Assembly: GCA_965203175.1 (NCBI GenBank)
Contig: OZ241867.1
Location: 6,368,001 to 6,432,000 of the forward strand
Origin: Candidatus Latescibacterota bacterium
GTDB taxonomy: Bacteria; Latescibacterota; UBA2968; UBA8231
Direction: 5' to 3'
DNA: 64,000 nt
Shown: piece by piece, positions 37,975-46,629 of the stretch
Numbering within the stretch: the stretch's first letter is position 1
Layout: every line of letters starts with the position of its first letter
Position numbers and translations under genes: made by a program
Notes under the pieces: generated by a model
Told to the model about the DNA's origin: nothing
What the model saw: only the letters and a program-made list of their open reading frames with translations
Databases searched by the model: none

Positions 37975-39264
37975 ATGGAACGAAGAGCCTTCTTCAAGGG
38001 AATCGCCGCAGCCGCAGCCGCAGCCCCGCTCCTTCCCGATGTAGCCGCAGGGCTTGCCGAGCGGCTCGGTACCCTCGGCCAAGATGTAGCCTCCGCCAGC
38101 AACGAGCGTGCGCTATGGCAGCGGGTGCGCCGAGAATTTCGCCTACACCCTGGCCTAGTGCATCTCAACTGCGGCAGTATTGGTGCGACGCCCCGCGTGG
38201 TAACCGACGCCCTGACCGCGTACCTCGCCGAGTTGGAGGGCAATCCGCTGGCCAATACCTGGGGCGGCCTCGGCAACGAAATGGAAACAGTTCGAGCCAA
38301 GGGAGCAGAGTTCATCGGAGCCGAACTAGACGAAATCGCGCTGACGCGCAACACGACCGAGGGCATGAACCACGTAGCCAGCGGCCTCGACCTCCAGCCG
38401 GGCGACGAAGTGCTGACGACCAATCACGAGCACGGCGGCGGCATGGTCTGCTGGCAGCACTTGGCGCGCACTCGCGGCGTGGTAGTTCGCTGCATCAAAA
38501 TGCCCAATCCCGTGCGCGATGCCGCCCAGATCCTGCAACTAGTAGAAGATCACCTGACGCCGCGCACCCGCGTGTGCAGCTTCTGCCACATCGACACCAT
38601 CACCGGGCTGCAAATGCCACTAACTGCCATCGCCGCCCTCACCCGCCCTCGCGACATCCTGCTGGTCTGCGACGGAGCACAGGCCCCGGGCATGCTCAAC
38701 GTCGACGTCAAAGCACTCGGCGTAGACACCTATGCCTCCAGCAGCCACAAGTGGATGCTTGCTCCCAAGGGCACGGGACTGCTCTACATCCGCAAGGACG
38801 TACAAGATCGCGTCCGGCCCGTGTTCACATATTCCGGTTACAACGTCTACTCCGCCTCATCCGGCACCCGCAACGTGCCACAAATCGTCGCGCACGGAGT
38901 GGCGATGGAATTCCACAACACCATCGGCCGCCCACGCATCGAAGCGCGCTGCCGCCAGCTCTGCAGCTACGCGCGCCAACGCTTGGCAGAAATCCCCCAA
39001 CTCACACCGATCACCCCGTCCCAGCGCGAGCTCTCCTCGGGCATCGTCAGCTTCTCGCTCACCAACGGCAGCCACAGCGAAGTCGTCTCCGCACTGCAAA
39101 AGCGCGACATCTTCCTCAAACCAGCGCAGGGCACGTACGCCTATGTAGAGGACGCTGGCGTGCCAAAGGAAAACTACAACGCCATCCGCATCTCCACGCA
39201 CATCTTCAACGACGAGACCGACATCGACCGCGCCATCGAGGCGTTGCAGCAAGTTCTCGGCTAG
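37975..39264 (+). CDS. Class V PLP-dependent aminotransferase (CefD/cysteine desulfurase-like) with Tat signal
   Basis: ERRAFFK twin-arginine motif; RNTTEG, DGAQ, SSHKW and RISTHIFN. Confidence 0.88.
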   Translation: MERRAFFKGIAAAAAAAPLLPDVAAGLAERLGTLGQDVASASNERALWQRVRREFRLHPGLVHLNCGSIGATPRVVTDALTAYLAELEGNPLANTWGGLGNEMETVRAKGAEFIGAELDEIALTRNTTEGMNHVASGLDLQPGDEVLTTNHEHGGGMVCWQHLARTRGVVVRCIKMPNPVRDAAQILQLVEDHLTPRTRVCSFCHIDTITGLQMPLTAIAALTRPRDILLVCDGAQAPGMLNVDVKALGVDTYASSSHKWMLAPKGTGLLYIRKDVQDRVRPVFTYSGYNVYSASSGTRNVPQIVAHGVAMEFHNTIGRPRIEARCRQLCSYARQRLAEIPQLTPITPSQRELSSGIVSFSLTNGSHSEVVSALQKRDIFLKPAQGTYAYVEDAGVPKENYNAIRISTHIFNDETDIDRAIEALQQVLG

Positions 39265-39307
39265 TACGAGACGCCCGCGATTCCCGTAGGGGTCGTTCTC
39301 GCCACCG

Positions 39308-39335
39308 TGAACGAAATCGCGGCCTCATCCGTATA
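39308..39335 (+). promoter_or_regulatory. SigW-type ECF promoter upstream of the ECF sigma gene
   Basis: TGAACG-N16-CGTATA resembles the TGAAAC-N16-CGTA consensus; likely autoregulatory. Confidence 0.55.
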
Positions 39336-39388
39336 AATAGGTGTAAACAGTCTCAGGGCCGCAGGCTAAAACTCGTCTGGATTCTCCT

Positions 39389-39916
39389 ATGGGATGGAGC
39401 GACGAAGCATTGATGGGAAATCTCCGCCGTGGAGATATGCAGGCGTTTGACGAACTCTACACGCGCCATCGCCAGCCCCTTTTCAATTTTATCTTGCGGC
39501 TCTTGCAGGACGCGGCCTTGGCAGAAGATGTGTTTCAGGAGACGTACATGCGCGTATTGGAAAACGCCGACCGCTTCAATCCTCGGGGCAAATTTTCAAC
39601 CTATCTCTATACCATAGCCCACAACCTGTGCATGGACGAACTGCGCCGCCAAAGCACAAACATTCCAGTCGAGCAAATGGTCGAGCCGCCAGTTCGCGAC
39701 CCCCAAGACCATTTGCTCAAGCGGGAAGACGAAGCCGCCGCCCACCAACTGCTCGCGGCCCTGCAACCCCACTTGCGCGCCGTCGTCGTCCTCCGCGTCC
39801 TGCACGATTACTCGCAGGAAGAGACCGCAAAAATTGTCGGGGTACCCGTCGGAACCGTCAAAAGCCGCTTACACCATGCCCTAAAACAACTGCGCCAAAT
39901 GGCACCGAACCCATGA
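39389..39916 (+). CDS. ECF RNA polymerase sigma factor
   Basis: AEDVFQETY, FSTYLYTIAHN and GVPVGTVKSRLH. Confidence 0.92.
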   Translation: MGWSDEALMGNLRRGDMQAFDELYTRHRQPLFNFILRLLQDAALAEDVFQETYMRVLENADRFNPRGKFSTYLYTIAHNLCMDELRRQSTNIPVEQMVEPPVRDPQDHLLKREDEAAAHQLLAALQPHLRAVVVLRVLHDYSQEETAKIVGVPVGTVKSRLHHALKQLRQMAPNP

Positions 39917-40263
39917 ACCAAGACCACCGCACCATCCAAGAGATTCAAGCGCTGTTGGGCTCTGCACCCGAAGTGCAGGTGCCGCCTAGGCTGGACGAAG
40001 AAGTGCGGTCTAAAGCCGTGAGTTGGGCCCAAAAAAGGCAGGCCGAGAAAAAGCATCTCCACATCCCCCTTTACGGTAAAATCGCCCTGGGACTAGTCGC
40101 CTTGGAATTGTGCGCCCTGCTCTACGCCGTAGGCCCAAGGCTCGACATCGACCAGATCATACAGGCCTCCGTCATCGGCTTAGTCGGCTTGAACATAGCC
40201 GCGCTATTGACGAGCCCGATCATTCTCTTGCACCGCCAAAGAAGGGAGCTATCCCATGAATGA
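39913..40263 (+). CDS. Small membrane protein, putative anti-sigma factor
   Basis: ATGA overlap with the sigma gene; short soluble N-terminus plus two hydrophobic helices. Confidence 0.6.
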   Translation: MNQDHRTIQEIQALLGSAPEVQVPPRLDEEVRSKAVSWAQKRQAEKKHLHIPLYGKIALGLVALELCALLYAVGPRLDIDQIIQASVIGLVGLNIAALLTSPIILLHRQRRELSHE

Positions 40264-41167
40264 ACGCCTGAAAGACACTCTGCACCAATGGCTACCCAAG
40301 CTGACCATCTTGAGCGTGCTGGTTCTTCTCACATCTTCTCTGATCAACGAATACTACGTGGATCCAAGATACGACGCCGCTGCAAAAGAAGATCTCGACA
40401 AACGGCACCAGCACCTTCAGGAATACAAGGATAAAAAGGAGGCAAAGGCAGTCGCGCTTAAAGCCGCCTTAGAGCGGATCGTGGGCCTCATAGATACGCT
40501 CGACGGCAACAAGCAAACCCAAGAGACTCTGAGTAAAGCAGTGGCCCAAGAAGAAGTCATCGGCGAGGTGTGGGTGACCAATGCCCAGGGCCTCATTGTG
40601 TATTACGGCCGGCATATCCCCCCGGTGCGCAATGTCGCAGATTTTCCCCTTGGGTCCCTGGCTAAGATATTGAACATGGTCCCCGAAGATGTGATTTCAC
40701 CCATACAGCGGACCGCCATCCTATTGCCTACGATAATCGGGGGGCATTGGTCTAGGGTCTCGCCTACATTTTCCTCTTTAACTGTCGGCATCGACAAAAT
40801 CCCAAAGCACCTAATCATTTCAACGGAAGAACCCTTTACAATATACGGCGGTGAGCCTGTAGAAATGAACCGCGTCAAGGATGGCTTAATCGCCGCGACG
40901 GTCTCGCGGCAGCAGTATAACCCCCCGCTTCAGGAGAGAAGCGAGGAAAGCGAAAAGCTCAGTCTTTTGCGCAATACGACCGGAATTGCGGCCCTAGCCG
41001 GCTTCATCCTCTTCTGGCTCTTCATCCCTGCGTGGATGGCCTTGGACGCCCACAAAAGACGAGAAAAAACCGCAGTTTGGGGCATCTTCGGCCTCTTGGG
41101 CAATATGATAGCCTTGATCGTCTATTTGCTCGTGCGCGAAAACGGGCAGTCGTCTGGAAATTCCTAG
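40256..41167 (+). CDS. Membrane protein with periplasmic domain and C-terminal PLDc_N/YxlE-like hairpin
   Basis: N-terminal TM helix; C-terminal 'WMALDAHKRR...WGIFGLLGNMIALIVYLLVR'. Confidence 0.6.
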   Translation: MNERLKDTLHQWLPKLTILSVLVLLTSSLINEYYVDPRYDAAAKEDLDKRHQHLQEYKDKKEAKAVALKAALERIVGLIDTLDGNKQTQETLSKAVAQEEVIGEVWVTNAQGLIVYYGRHIPPVRNVADFPLGSLAKILNMVPEDVISPIQRTAILLPTIIGGHWSRVSPTFSSLTVGIDKIPKHLIISTEEPFTIYGGEPVEMNRVKDGLIAATVSRQQYNPPLQERSEESEKLSLLRNTTGIAALAGFILFWLFIPAWMALDAHKRREKTAVWGIFGLLGNMIALIVYLLVRENGQSSGNS

Positions 41168-41214
41168 CGAGCCAACGCGGCAGTCACCGGGAATCTTCAG
41201 ACGGCTGCTACGCC

Positions 41215-42213
41215 TCAGCGCCGATTGCCTCCTTCGGGTCCGATCTCGCCCGTACCCACCCCAACGCCCGTGAGCACTTCGCTGTAGCCGGGATAGGTAA
41301 CGGCGTATTGGAATCCCTCGTTGGTACCCGCTGCGCCAAAGCGGCCCTGCTTGTCGAGCGCCACGAAATTGAGGTGCAATTCCTCGACCGGACGCGGGTC
41401 GAGCGCGACGATGCGGCGGATGGTCTCGACGCAGGCTTCCTCCGGGTGTAGCCCTTGGCGCATGTACTCGACGACGAGGAAGGTCGCGCAGTAGCGCATG
41501 ACATTCTCGCCCAGACCAGTAGCCCCAGCCGCACCCACGCCCCCATCAACGTATAGGCCGCTGCCAATGATCGGCGAATCCCCGACGCGGCCCGGCAGTT
41601 TGTAGCCCCAGCCGCTGGTAGAGCAGCCGCCAGCGATCCGCCCCTCACCGTCGAGTCCAAGCAGAGCGATAGTATCGTGATTGTCAGCCGCGTCCTGCTT
41701 TTCCCGCCATTCCTCCCACGCCTTGTGCCTTTCTTCCGTAAGCAAATCGACGCTGGCAAAACCCTGCTCCAGGGCGAACTGCCGCGCGCCTTCGCCGACG
41801 AGCATGACGTGCTTGGTCTCGTCCATCACCCGGCGCGCCACCGAGATCGGGTGCAGGATTCCCTCGATAGCGGCGACGCTGCCAGCGCGCTGGCCCTCGC
41901 CGTCCATGATACAAGCGTCGAGCTGCACCACGCCTTGGGCGTTGGGTATGCCCCCCAACCCCACGGATGCATTGGAGGCGTCGGCCTCGGCAACGTGGAT
42001 GCCGCGCTCGACGGCGTCGAGGACCGAGCCACCCTGTTCGGCGATCCGCAGCGATTGTTCGTTGGCGGCTTTGCCAAAGGCCCAAGTGGAGACGAAGAGA
42101 GGGCGATCCGTGCTCATGGGGATATCCTTTTCTGCGCGCGCCGTCCCGGCGAGGGCGAGACCGCCAGCGGCGAACGCGGTCTCGCGCATGAAGCGTCGAC
42201 GACTCAGCGGCAT
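41215..42213 (-). CDS. N(4)-(beta-N-acetylglucosaminyl)-L-asparaginase / asparaginase-2 family, Tat-exported
   Basis: SRRRFM Tat motif; SVGLGG, LDACIMDG, HDT autocleavage site, GRVGDSP and TGLGE. Confidence 0.9.
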   Translation of the reverse strand: MPLSRRRFMRETAFAAGGLALAGTARAEKDIPMSTDRPLFVSTWAFGKAANEQSLRIAEQGGSVLDAVERGIHVAEADASNASVGLGGIPNAQGVVQLDACIMDGEGQRAGSVAAIEGILHPISVARRVMDETKHVMLVGEGARQFALEQGFASVDLLTEERHKAWEEWREKQDAADNHDTIALLGLDGEGRIAGGCSTSGWGYKLPGRVGDSPIIGSGLYVDGGVGAAGATGLGENVMRYCATFLVVEYMRQGLHPEEACVETIRRIVALDPRPVEELHLNFVALDKQGRFGAAGTNEGFQYAVTYPGYSEVLTGVGVGTGEIGPEGGNRR

Positions 42214-42216
42214 GGC

Positions 42217-42702
42217 TTAATCCTCGTCGCCATTGTGATGTTCGCCACCGTCATCCGTGTCCTTATGTTCGCCATCGTCATCCGTGTCCTTATAGGCAAT
42301 GGCGGCGATCTCGACGCGAAAGTCAAAGACGATCTGCGCTCCACCAGTGCAAGCCCGCGCTGGAAACTGCTCTTTAAAGTACGAGGCGTACGCCTTGTTC
42401 ATCTCGTGATAATCTTCAATGTCCGAGAGCCAGACAGTGACGTTGACGAGATCGTCGTACGCATACCCGTGCTCTTCAAGTATCCGCCCGATGTTTTTCA
42501 TGGTCTGATGAGTCTCGGCCGCGACTGACTCCTTGACGTCGGCACCGTCGGCCGTGCGGGCGATCTGGCCACTGATGAAGAGGAGACCGCCGGCTTGGCG
42601 GGCCGGGCTAAAAGGCAGGGTCTTGAGCGGTACGGCCTCTTGGGCAAAGGCTGGCGAAACGGCGAGCGCACACGCGAGCGCGGTGCGGATACAGCTTTTC
42701 AT
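42217..42702 (-). CDS. Rid (YjgF/YER057c/UK114) family protein with signal peptide and acidic His-rich tail
   Basis: PFSPA, FISGQI, MNKAY, FPARAC and VEIAAIA; N-terminal ...PAFA signal. Confidence 0.85.
   Translation of the reverse strand: MKSCIRTALACALAVSPAFAQEAVPLKTLPFSPARQAGGLLFISGQIARTADGADVKESVAAETHQTMKNIGRILEEHGYAYDDLVNVTVWLSDIEDYHEMNKAYASYFKEQFPARACTGGAQIVFDFRVEIAAIAYKDTDDDGEHKDTDDGGEHHNGDED
42239..42292. repeat. 27-bp tandem repeat (2 copies) in the Rid gene tail
   Basis: TGTTCGCCA(C/T)CGTCATCCGTGTCCTTA twice, one mismatch. Confidence 0.85.
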
Positions 42703-42835
42703 AAGGTATCTCCTGGTTCGAGTTGAAGCCTGTTAATAAGCTCAAAAGGCCCTACGGCGACAACCGGCGCTGGGTCGCCGATGCGGGCCAGTGTTCTTTT
42801 TATTTTGTTGAAATAACGCTGTTACTGTATTTTTA

Positions 42836-42864
42836 TTGACAAAGGGATAATCTGCGCTTATTTT
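42836..42864 (+). promoter_or_regulatory. Putative sigma70 promoter at the start of the R-M island
   Basis: TTGACA-N17-TATTTT with an AT-rich upstream element. Confidence 0.55.
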
Positions 42865-42916
42865 TGGTGCTGCACAGAATTTCACCGTTATCACCCCTAT
42901 CAAGGGGATTTCAATT

Positions 42917-43120
42917 ATGACTGAATCGACCTCCCTCGACCACGGCGAGCGCATCGGCCGCCTCGAAGGTATCATCGAACAAATTAACGAGCGTCTCAAC
43001 GGCATAACCCGTCGCCTCGACAGCCTAGAAATCAACCACCGCCGAGACTTTCGCTGGCTCATCGGCCTTCAGTTGGCTACGTGGGCTACCATCGTCGGAC
43101 TGAGATTATTTGGCGGATAG
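42917..43120 (+). CDS. Small coiled-coil protein with C-terminal membrane anchor (DUF1640/CCDC90-like)
   Basis: Heptad pattern RIGRLEG..INERL..RLDSLE, then hydrophobic FRWLIGLQLATWATIVGL. Confidence 0.65.
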   Translation: MTESTSLDHGERIGRLEGIIEQINERLNGITRRLDSLEINHRRDFRWLIGLQLATWATIVGLRLFGG

Positions 43121-43153
43121 CCGCCACATCATTTGAAACCTGTCGATTTCAAG

Positions 43154-43723
43154 ATGAAGACGCTTAAAGAGATCGCCCATGTCCAGATGGGCCTCGCCTT
43201 TCGTTCCCGCATTGAGCCGGAAGTGGATGGGACTGTTGCAGTCATTCAGATGCGCGACCTGACCGAGGATAATAAACTGAGCCATCGCAATCTGATCACT
43301 ATTAAAATGGATAGCCTTAGCGACCGCCATTTGGTAAAACGCAGAGATTTGATTTTTCGCTCTAGAAGGCAGACCACTACGGCGGCAATCATTGATACGA
43401 AAATTGGTCCGGCGGTTGTCGCGGCTCCGCTGTTGAGAATCCGGGTTACGAGCAAGCATGTTCTCCCGGAGTACCTGTGCTGGTTCGTCAACCAGCCGTC
43501 AGCCCAAGCGTTTTTGCACAGTAGAGCTACTGGAACGGCGATGACGGTGATCGGCAAATCCGCTCTCGATGATTTGCAAGTGCCCCTACCTCCTCTCGAA
43601 ACTCAGAAGCAAATCGTCGCCTTGGCCGATTTATCGAATAAGGAGCAGAAGCTGATGAGGGAGCTGGCGGCGAAGAAGGAAAAACTAGTCAACGGGATTC
43701 AGATGCGATTGGCAACCAAATAG
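43154..43723 (+). CDS. Half-size type I restriction specificity subunit (single TRD)
   Basis: MKTLKEIA..MG, DLIFRSR, PEYLCWF and VPLPPLETQKQI; directly upstream of hsdM. Confidence 0.8.
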   Translation: MKTLKEIAHVQMGLAFRSRIEPEVDGTVAVIQMRDLTEDNKLSHRNLITIKMDSLSDRHLVKRRDLIFRSRRQTTTAAIIDTKIGPAVVAAPLLRIRVTSKHVLPEYLCWFVNQPSAQAFLHSRATGTAMTVIGKSALDDLQVPLPPLETQKQIVALADLSNKEQKLMRELAAKKEKLVNGIQMRLATK

Positions 43724-43735
43724 GAGCAGCGAGAT

Positions 43736-45400
43736 ATGAGCGATCAGATCCAACAGAAAGATATCAACAGCGCCGCTTGGGCAGCCTGCGACACCTTTCG
43801 CGGGGTGATGGATGCGGCGGGATACAAAGACTATATCCTCGTGATGCTATTCCTCAAATACATCTCCGATGTCTGGAAAGACCACTACGAGGAATATCAA
43901 GAAAGATACGGCGACAACGATGAGCGCATCCGGCGCAGGCTGAAAAACGAGCGCTTTGTCCTGCCAGAGGGCAGCAGCTTTTACGACCTCTATGAACGGC
44001 GCTCGGAAGCCAATGTTGGTGAGCTCATCAATATCGCGCTGGAGGCGATTGAAACGGAGAACAAAGAGAAGCTGGAAGATGTTTTCCGCAATATAGACTT
44101 CAACAGCGAGGCCAATCTCGGCAAAACCAGAGATCGCAATCGCCGCCTGAAAATGCTGCTGGAAGATTTCAACAAGCCCGAATTGAACATGAGCCCCAGC
44201 CGAGTTTCGGAAGACGTCATCGGCAATACCTATATATATCTGATCGAGCGTTTCGCCTCTGACGCCGGAAAAAAAGCCGGCGAATTCTACACGCCGCACA
44301 AAGTGTCCGAACTGGTGGCGAAACTGTGCTCTCCCAAGCCAGGTGCCCGCATCTGCGACCCCGCCTGCGGTTCCGCCGGACTGCTGATTGAGGCGGCCCG
44401 GCTAGTGGGCGGTAAGGACTACTCCCTGTACGGCATGGAGGTGAACGGCAGCACCTGGGCACTGGCGCGGATGAACATGTTTTTGCACGGTGCCGACTCC
44501 GCCCGCATCGAATGGTGCAATACCCTTACCTCCCCGACACTGGTGGAAAACAACCAACTGATAAAGTTCAATAACGTGGTCGCCAATCCGCCGTTTTCGC
44601 TCGACAAGTGGGGTGCAGAAGATGCCGACGCGGACCCGTACAACCGCTTTTGGCGCGGGGTGCCGCCCAAATCCAAGGGCGATTACGCTTTCATCAGTCA
44701 CATGATAGAAGCGGCTTTGGAAAAAGAGGGGAGGGTCGCGGTGGTGGCTCCGCACGGCGTTTTGTTTCGGGGCGCTGCTGAAGGGCGCATTCGCAAACAA
44801 TTGATTGAAGAAAACCTGCTCGACGCCGTCATCGGCTTGCCCGGCAATCTGTTCCCTACGACCTCAATACCGGTGGCCATTTTGGTCTTTGACCGCTCGC
44901 GTGAGCAAGGGGGCGTGAATGGGCACCGCAAAGACGTTCTGTTTGTCGATGCAAGCCGCGAATATCAAGCGGGCAAGAATCAAAACACCTTGCTGGACGA
45001 GCACCTCGAAAAGATCACCGCTGCTTATGAAAAACGTGAAGATGTGGATAAATACGCCCACCTCGCCACCTTTGAAGAAATCGTGGAAAACGACTTCAAC
45101 CTGAATATTCCGCGCTATGTGGACACCTTTGAGGAAGAAGAGGAGATTGATATTGACGCGGTGGGTAGGGAGATCGATCAATTGGAAAAGGAATTGAGTG
45201 TGGTGCGTGGAGCGATGGGGAAGTTGTTGAAGGGGATCGACCGCGAGGGTGGGCTTGATCGGTTATTCCAATCTTGGACGGATGAGGGCGATGCAGACGA
45301 ACAGCGGGAGACGCTTGAGCATCTCATTAAGGCGCTGGATGAAAACCGGCCGGCCGACCGCAAGCTCTTTCCAAAGGAACAGAAGGGGAAGAGTTGGTGA
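43736..45400 (+). CDS. hsdM: Type I R-M methyltransferase HsdM with antitoxin-like C-terminal extension
   Basis: GEFYTP, DPACGSAG, ANPPF, PHGVLFRG and NLNIPRYV; about 50 extra residues after the usual C-terminus. Confidence 0.93.
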   Translation: MSDQIQQKDINSAAWAACDTFRGVMDAAGYKDYILVMLFLKYISDVWKDHYEEYQERYGDNDERIRRRLKNERFVLPEGSSFYDLYERRSEANVGELINIALEAIETENKEKLEDVFRNIDFNSEANLGKTRDRNRRLKMLLEDFNKPELNMSPSRVSEDVIGNTYIYLIERFASDAGKKAGEFYTPHKVSELVAKLCSPKPGARICDPACGSAGLLIEAARLVGGKDYSLYGMEVNGSTWALARMNMFLHGADSARIEWCNTLTSPTLVENNQLIKFNNVVANPPFSLDKWGAEDADADPYNRFWRGVPPKSKGDYAFISHMIEAALEKEGRVAVVAPHGVLFRGAAEGRIRKQLIEENLLDAVIGLPGNLFPTTSIPVAILVFDRSREQGGVNGHRKDVLFVDASREYQAGKNQNTLLDEHLEKITAAYEKREDVDKYAHLATFEEIVENDFNLNIPRYVDTFEEEEEIDIDAVGREIDQLEKELSVVRGAMGKLLKGIDREGGLDRLFQSWTDEGDADEQRETLEHLIKALDENRPADRKLFPKEQKGKSW

Positions 45401-45846
45401 GCCAGATCGTACTGCTCGATAGCGGCCCCCTCGGTCTGGTAACCAGTCCAAGCGGCTCGGGAGAGGCTGCGGAATGTAGGGACTGGTTTCAGCAAGTGGA
45501 AGCTGGAGACTCGATGGTAATGGTGCCAGAGATCGCCGACTACGAGGTTCGGCGCGAGTTGCTTCGGGCGGGCAAAATTAGAGGCATTGAGCGGCTTGAC
45601 GCACTTATCGCTCAGGTCAATTACTTGCCTATTACGACCAATGCCATGCGCCGAGCCGCAGCCTACTGGGCCGATGCTCGTCAGCAGGGTCGGCCAACGG
45701 CAGCCGATCCGGCCCTTGACGGCGATGTAATATTGGCGGCGCAAGCGGCAACGCTGAACTGGACGGATGTGGTTGTGGCGACGACGAACGTAAGGCATCT
45801 ATCTCGTTTCGTTCAGGCAGAGATATGGTTCGACATTGCTGGATGA
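45397..45846 (+). CDS. PIN-domain nuclease/toxin
   Basis: VLLDSGPLG, PEIADYEVRRELLR, LDGDVILAAQA and ATTNVRHL; GTGA overlap with hsdM. Confidence 0.85.
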   Translation: MSQIVLLDSGPLGLVTSPSGSGEAAECRDWFQQVEAGDSMVMVPEIADYEVRRELLRAGKIRGIERLDALIAQVNYLPITTNAMRRAAAYWADARQQGRPTAADPALDGDVILAAQAATLNWTDVVVATTNVRHLSRFVQAEIWFDIAG

Positions 45847-45916
45847 GGCCGTAAAGCAGGCCACGGGAAGACGGCCCGTAACACTTCCTCGAACGAAGCC
45901 AAGGTCGCATAAAAAC

Positions 45917-46309
45917 ATGAGACGACGAGAAGCCCGCCTCATTTTGGGTGTGGGTGAGGACGCTACCACAGAAACGATAAAGTCAGCGTTTCGCCGCTAT
46001 GCCCTCAAGCACCACCCCGATCGCAATCCGGACAACCCGGTTGCCGAAGAGGCATTTAAGGAGGGTGCTCATGCCTATCGCTTGCTGACGGGACAGGAGG
46101 GGACCGATCTGGATGAATTGTTAGAGCAATTTGAGGATATAGAGCAGTCCTTCGACAAAATGAAGCAGTCCTTTGACGAATTTGGAAAAAGTATGTCAGA
46201 AGGACTCGACCGGATCGAAACCAAGATGTCCCGCATGTTTAAGTGGACCATCTTCTTGATGATTTTCACGACCCTATCGTTGGTTCTTCTCATTCTGTTC
46301 GGTTTCTGA
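45917..46309 (+). CDS. J-domain protein with coiled coil and C-terminal membrane anchor
   Basis: ILGV...IKSAFRRYALKHHPDRNP...AEEAFK (HPD motif); hydrophobic tail. Confidence 0.8.
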   Translation: MRRREARLILGVGEDATTETIKSAFRRYALKHHPDRNPDNPVAEEAFKEGAHAYRLLTGQEGTDLDELLEQFEDIEQSFDKMKQSFDEFGKSMSEGLDRIETKMSRMFKWTIFLMIFTTLSLVLLILFGF

Positions 46310-46336
46310 TTTTGCTGGTGGCTGAGCTATTTCCCG

Positions 46337-46572
46337 TGGATCGCTCCGTTATTCACATCCAATATATTGGAGAGAAAGTGCTGCTCCCACAGAGAGAATT
46401 CGAACGACTGGTGGAACTGGCACAGCAATATGAAGAGATTATCGTGCGAAGACAGGAAGATGATGTGCCAATATGGGATATTATGCGCTTGGTGGAACAA
46501 AGTGGCGCATTTGGCTTCTAGAAAGAGGAAGAGGAAGACATTTACTCCTCCGAGGACGGAGAGCCGGTGTGA
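46337..46572 (+). pseudogene. Degraded antitoxin-like gene with internal stop codon
   Basis: ...MRLVEQSGAFGF-TAG(46519)-KEEEEDIYSSEDGEPV-TGA; the frame continues coherently past the TAG; 5' boundary uncertain. Confidence 0.55.
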
Positions 46573-46584
46573 CGCGCCCAACGC

Positions 46585-46629
46585 GAATACGCAAAAACCT
46601 ATTGGCAGGCATACAAGGATTCCCAGTGA
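46585..46629 (+). pseudogene. C-terminal remnant of a RelE-like 'addiction module killer' toxin
   Basis: EYAKTYWQAYKDSQ-TGA overlaps the ATG of the antidote gene (TGATG). Confidence 0.45.

Noticed and set aside
36739-38423. Long N-terminal extensions of the ASPIC and TPR ORFs in the ORF track
   Set aside because: Signal peptides and overlaps with neighbouring genes place the true starts at 36738 and 37922
46519-46521. In-frame TAG as pyrrolysine or stop-codon recoding
   Set aside because: TAG is a normal stop for many genes here, no pyl genes are present, and a nonsense mutation in a decaying cassette is simpler
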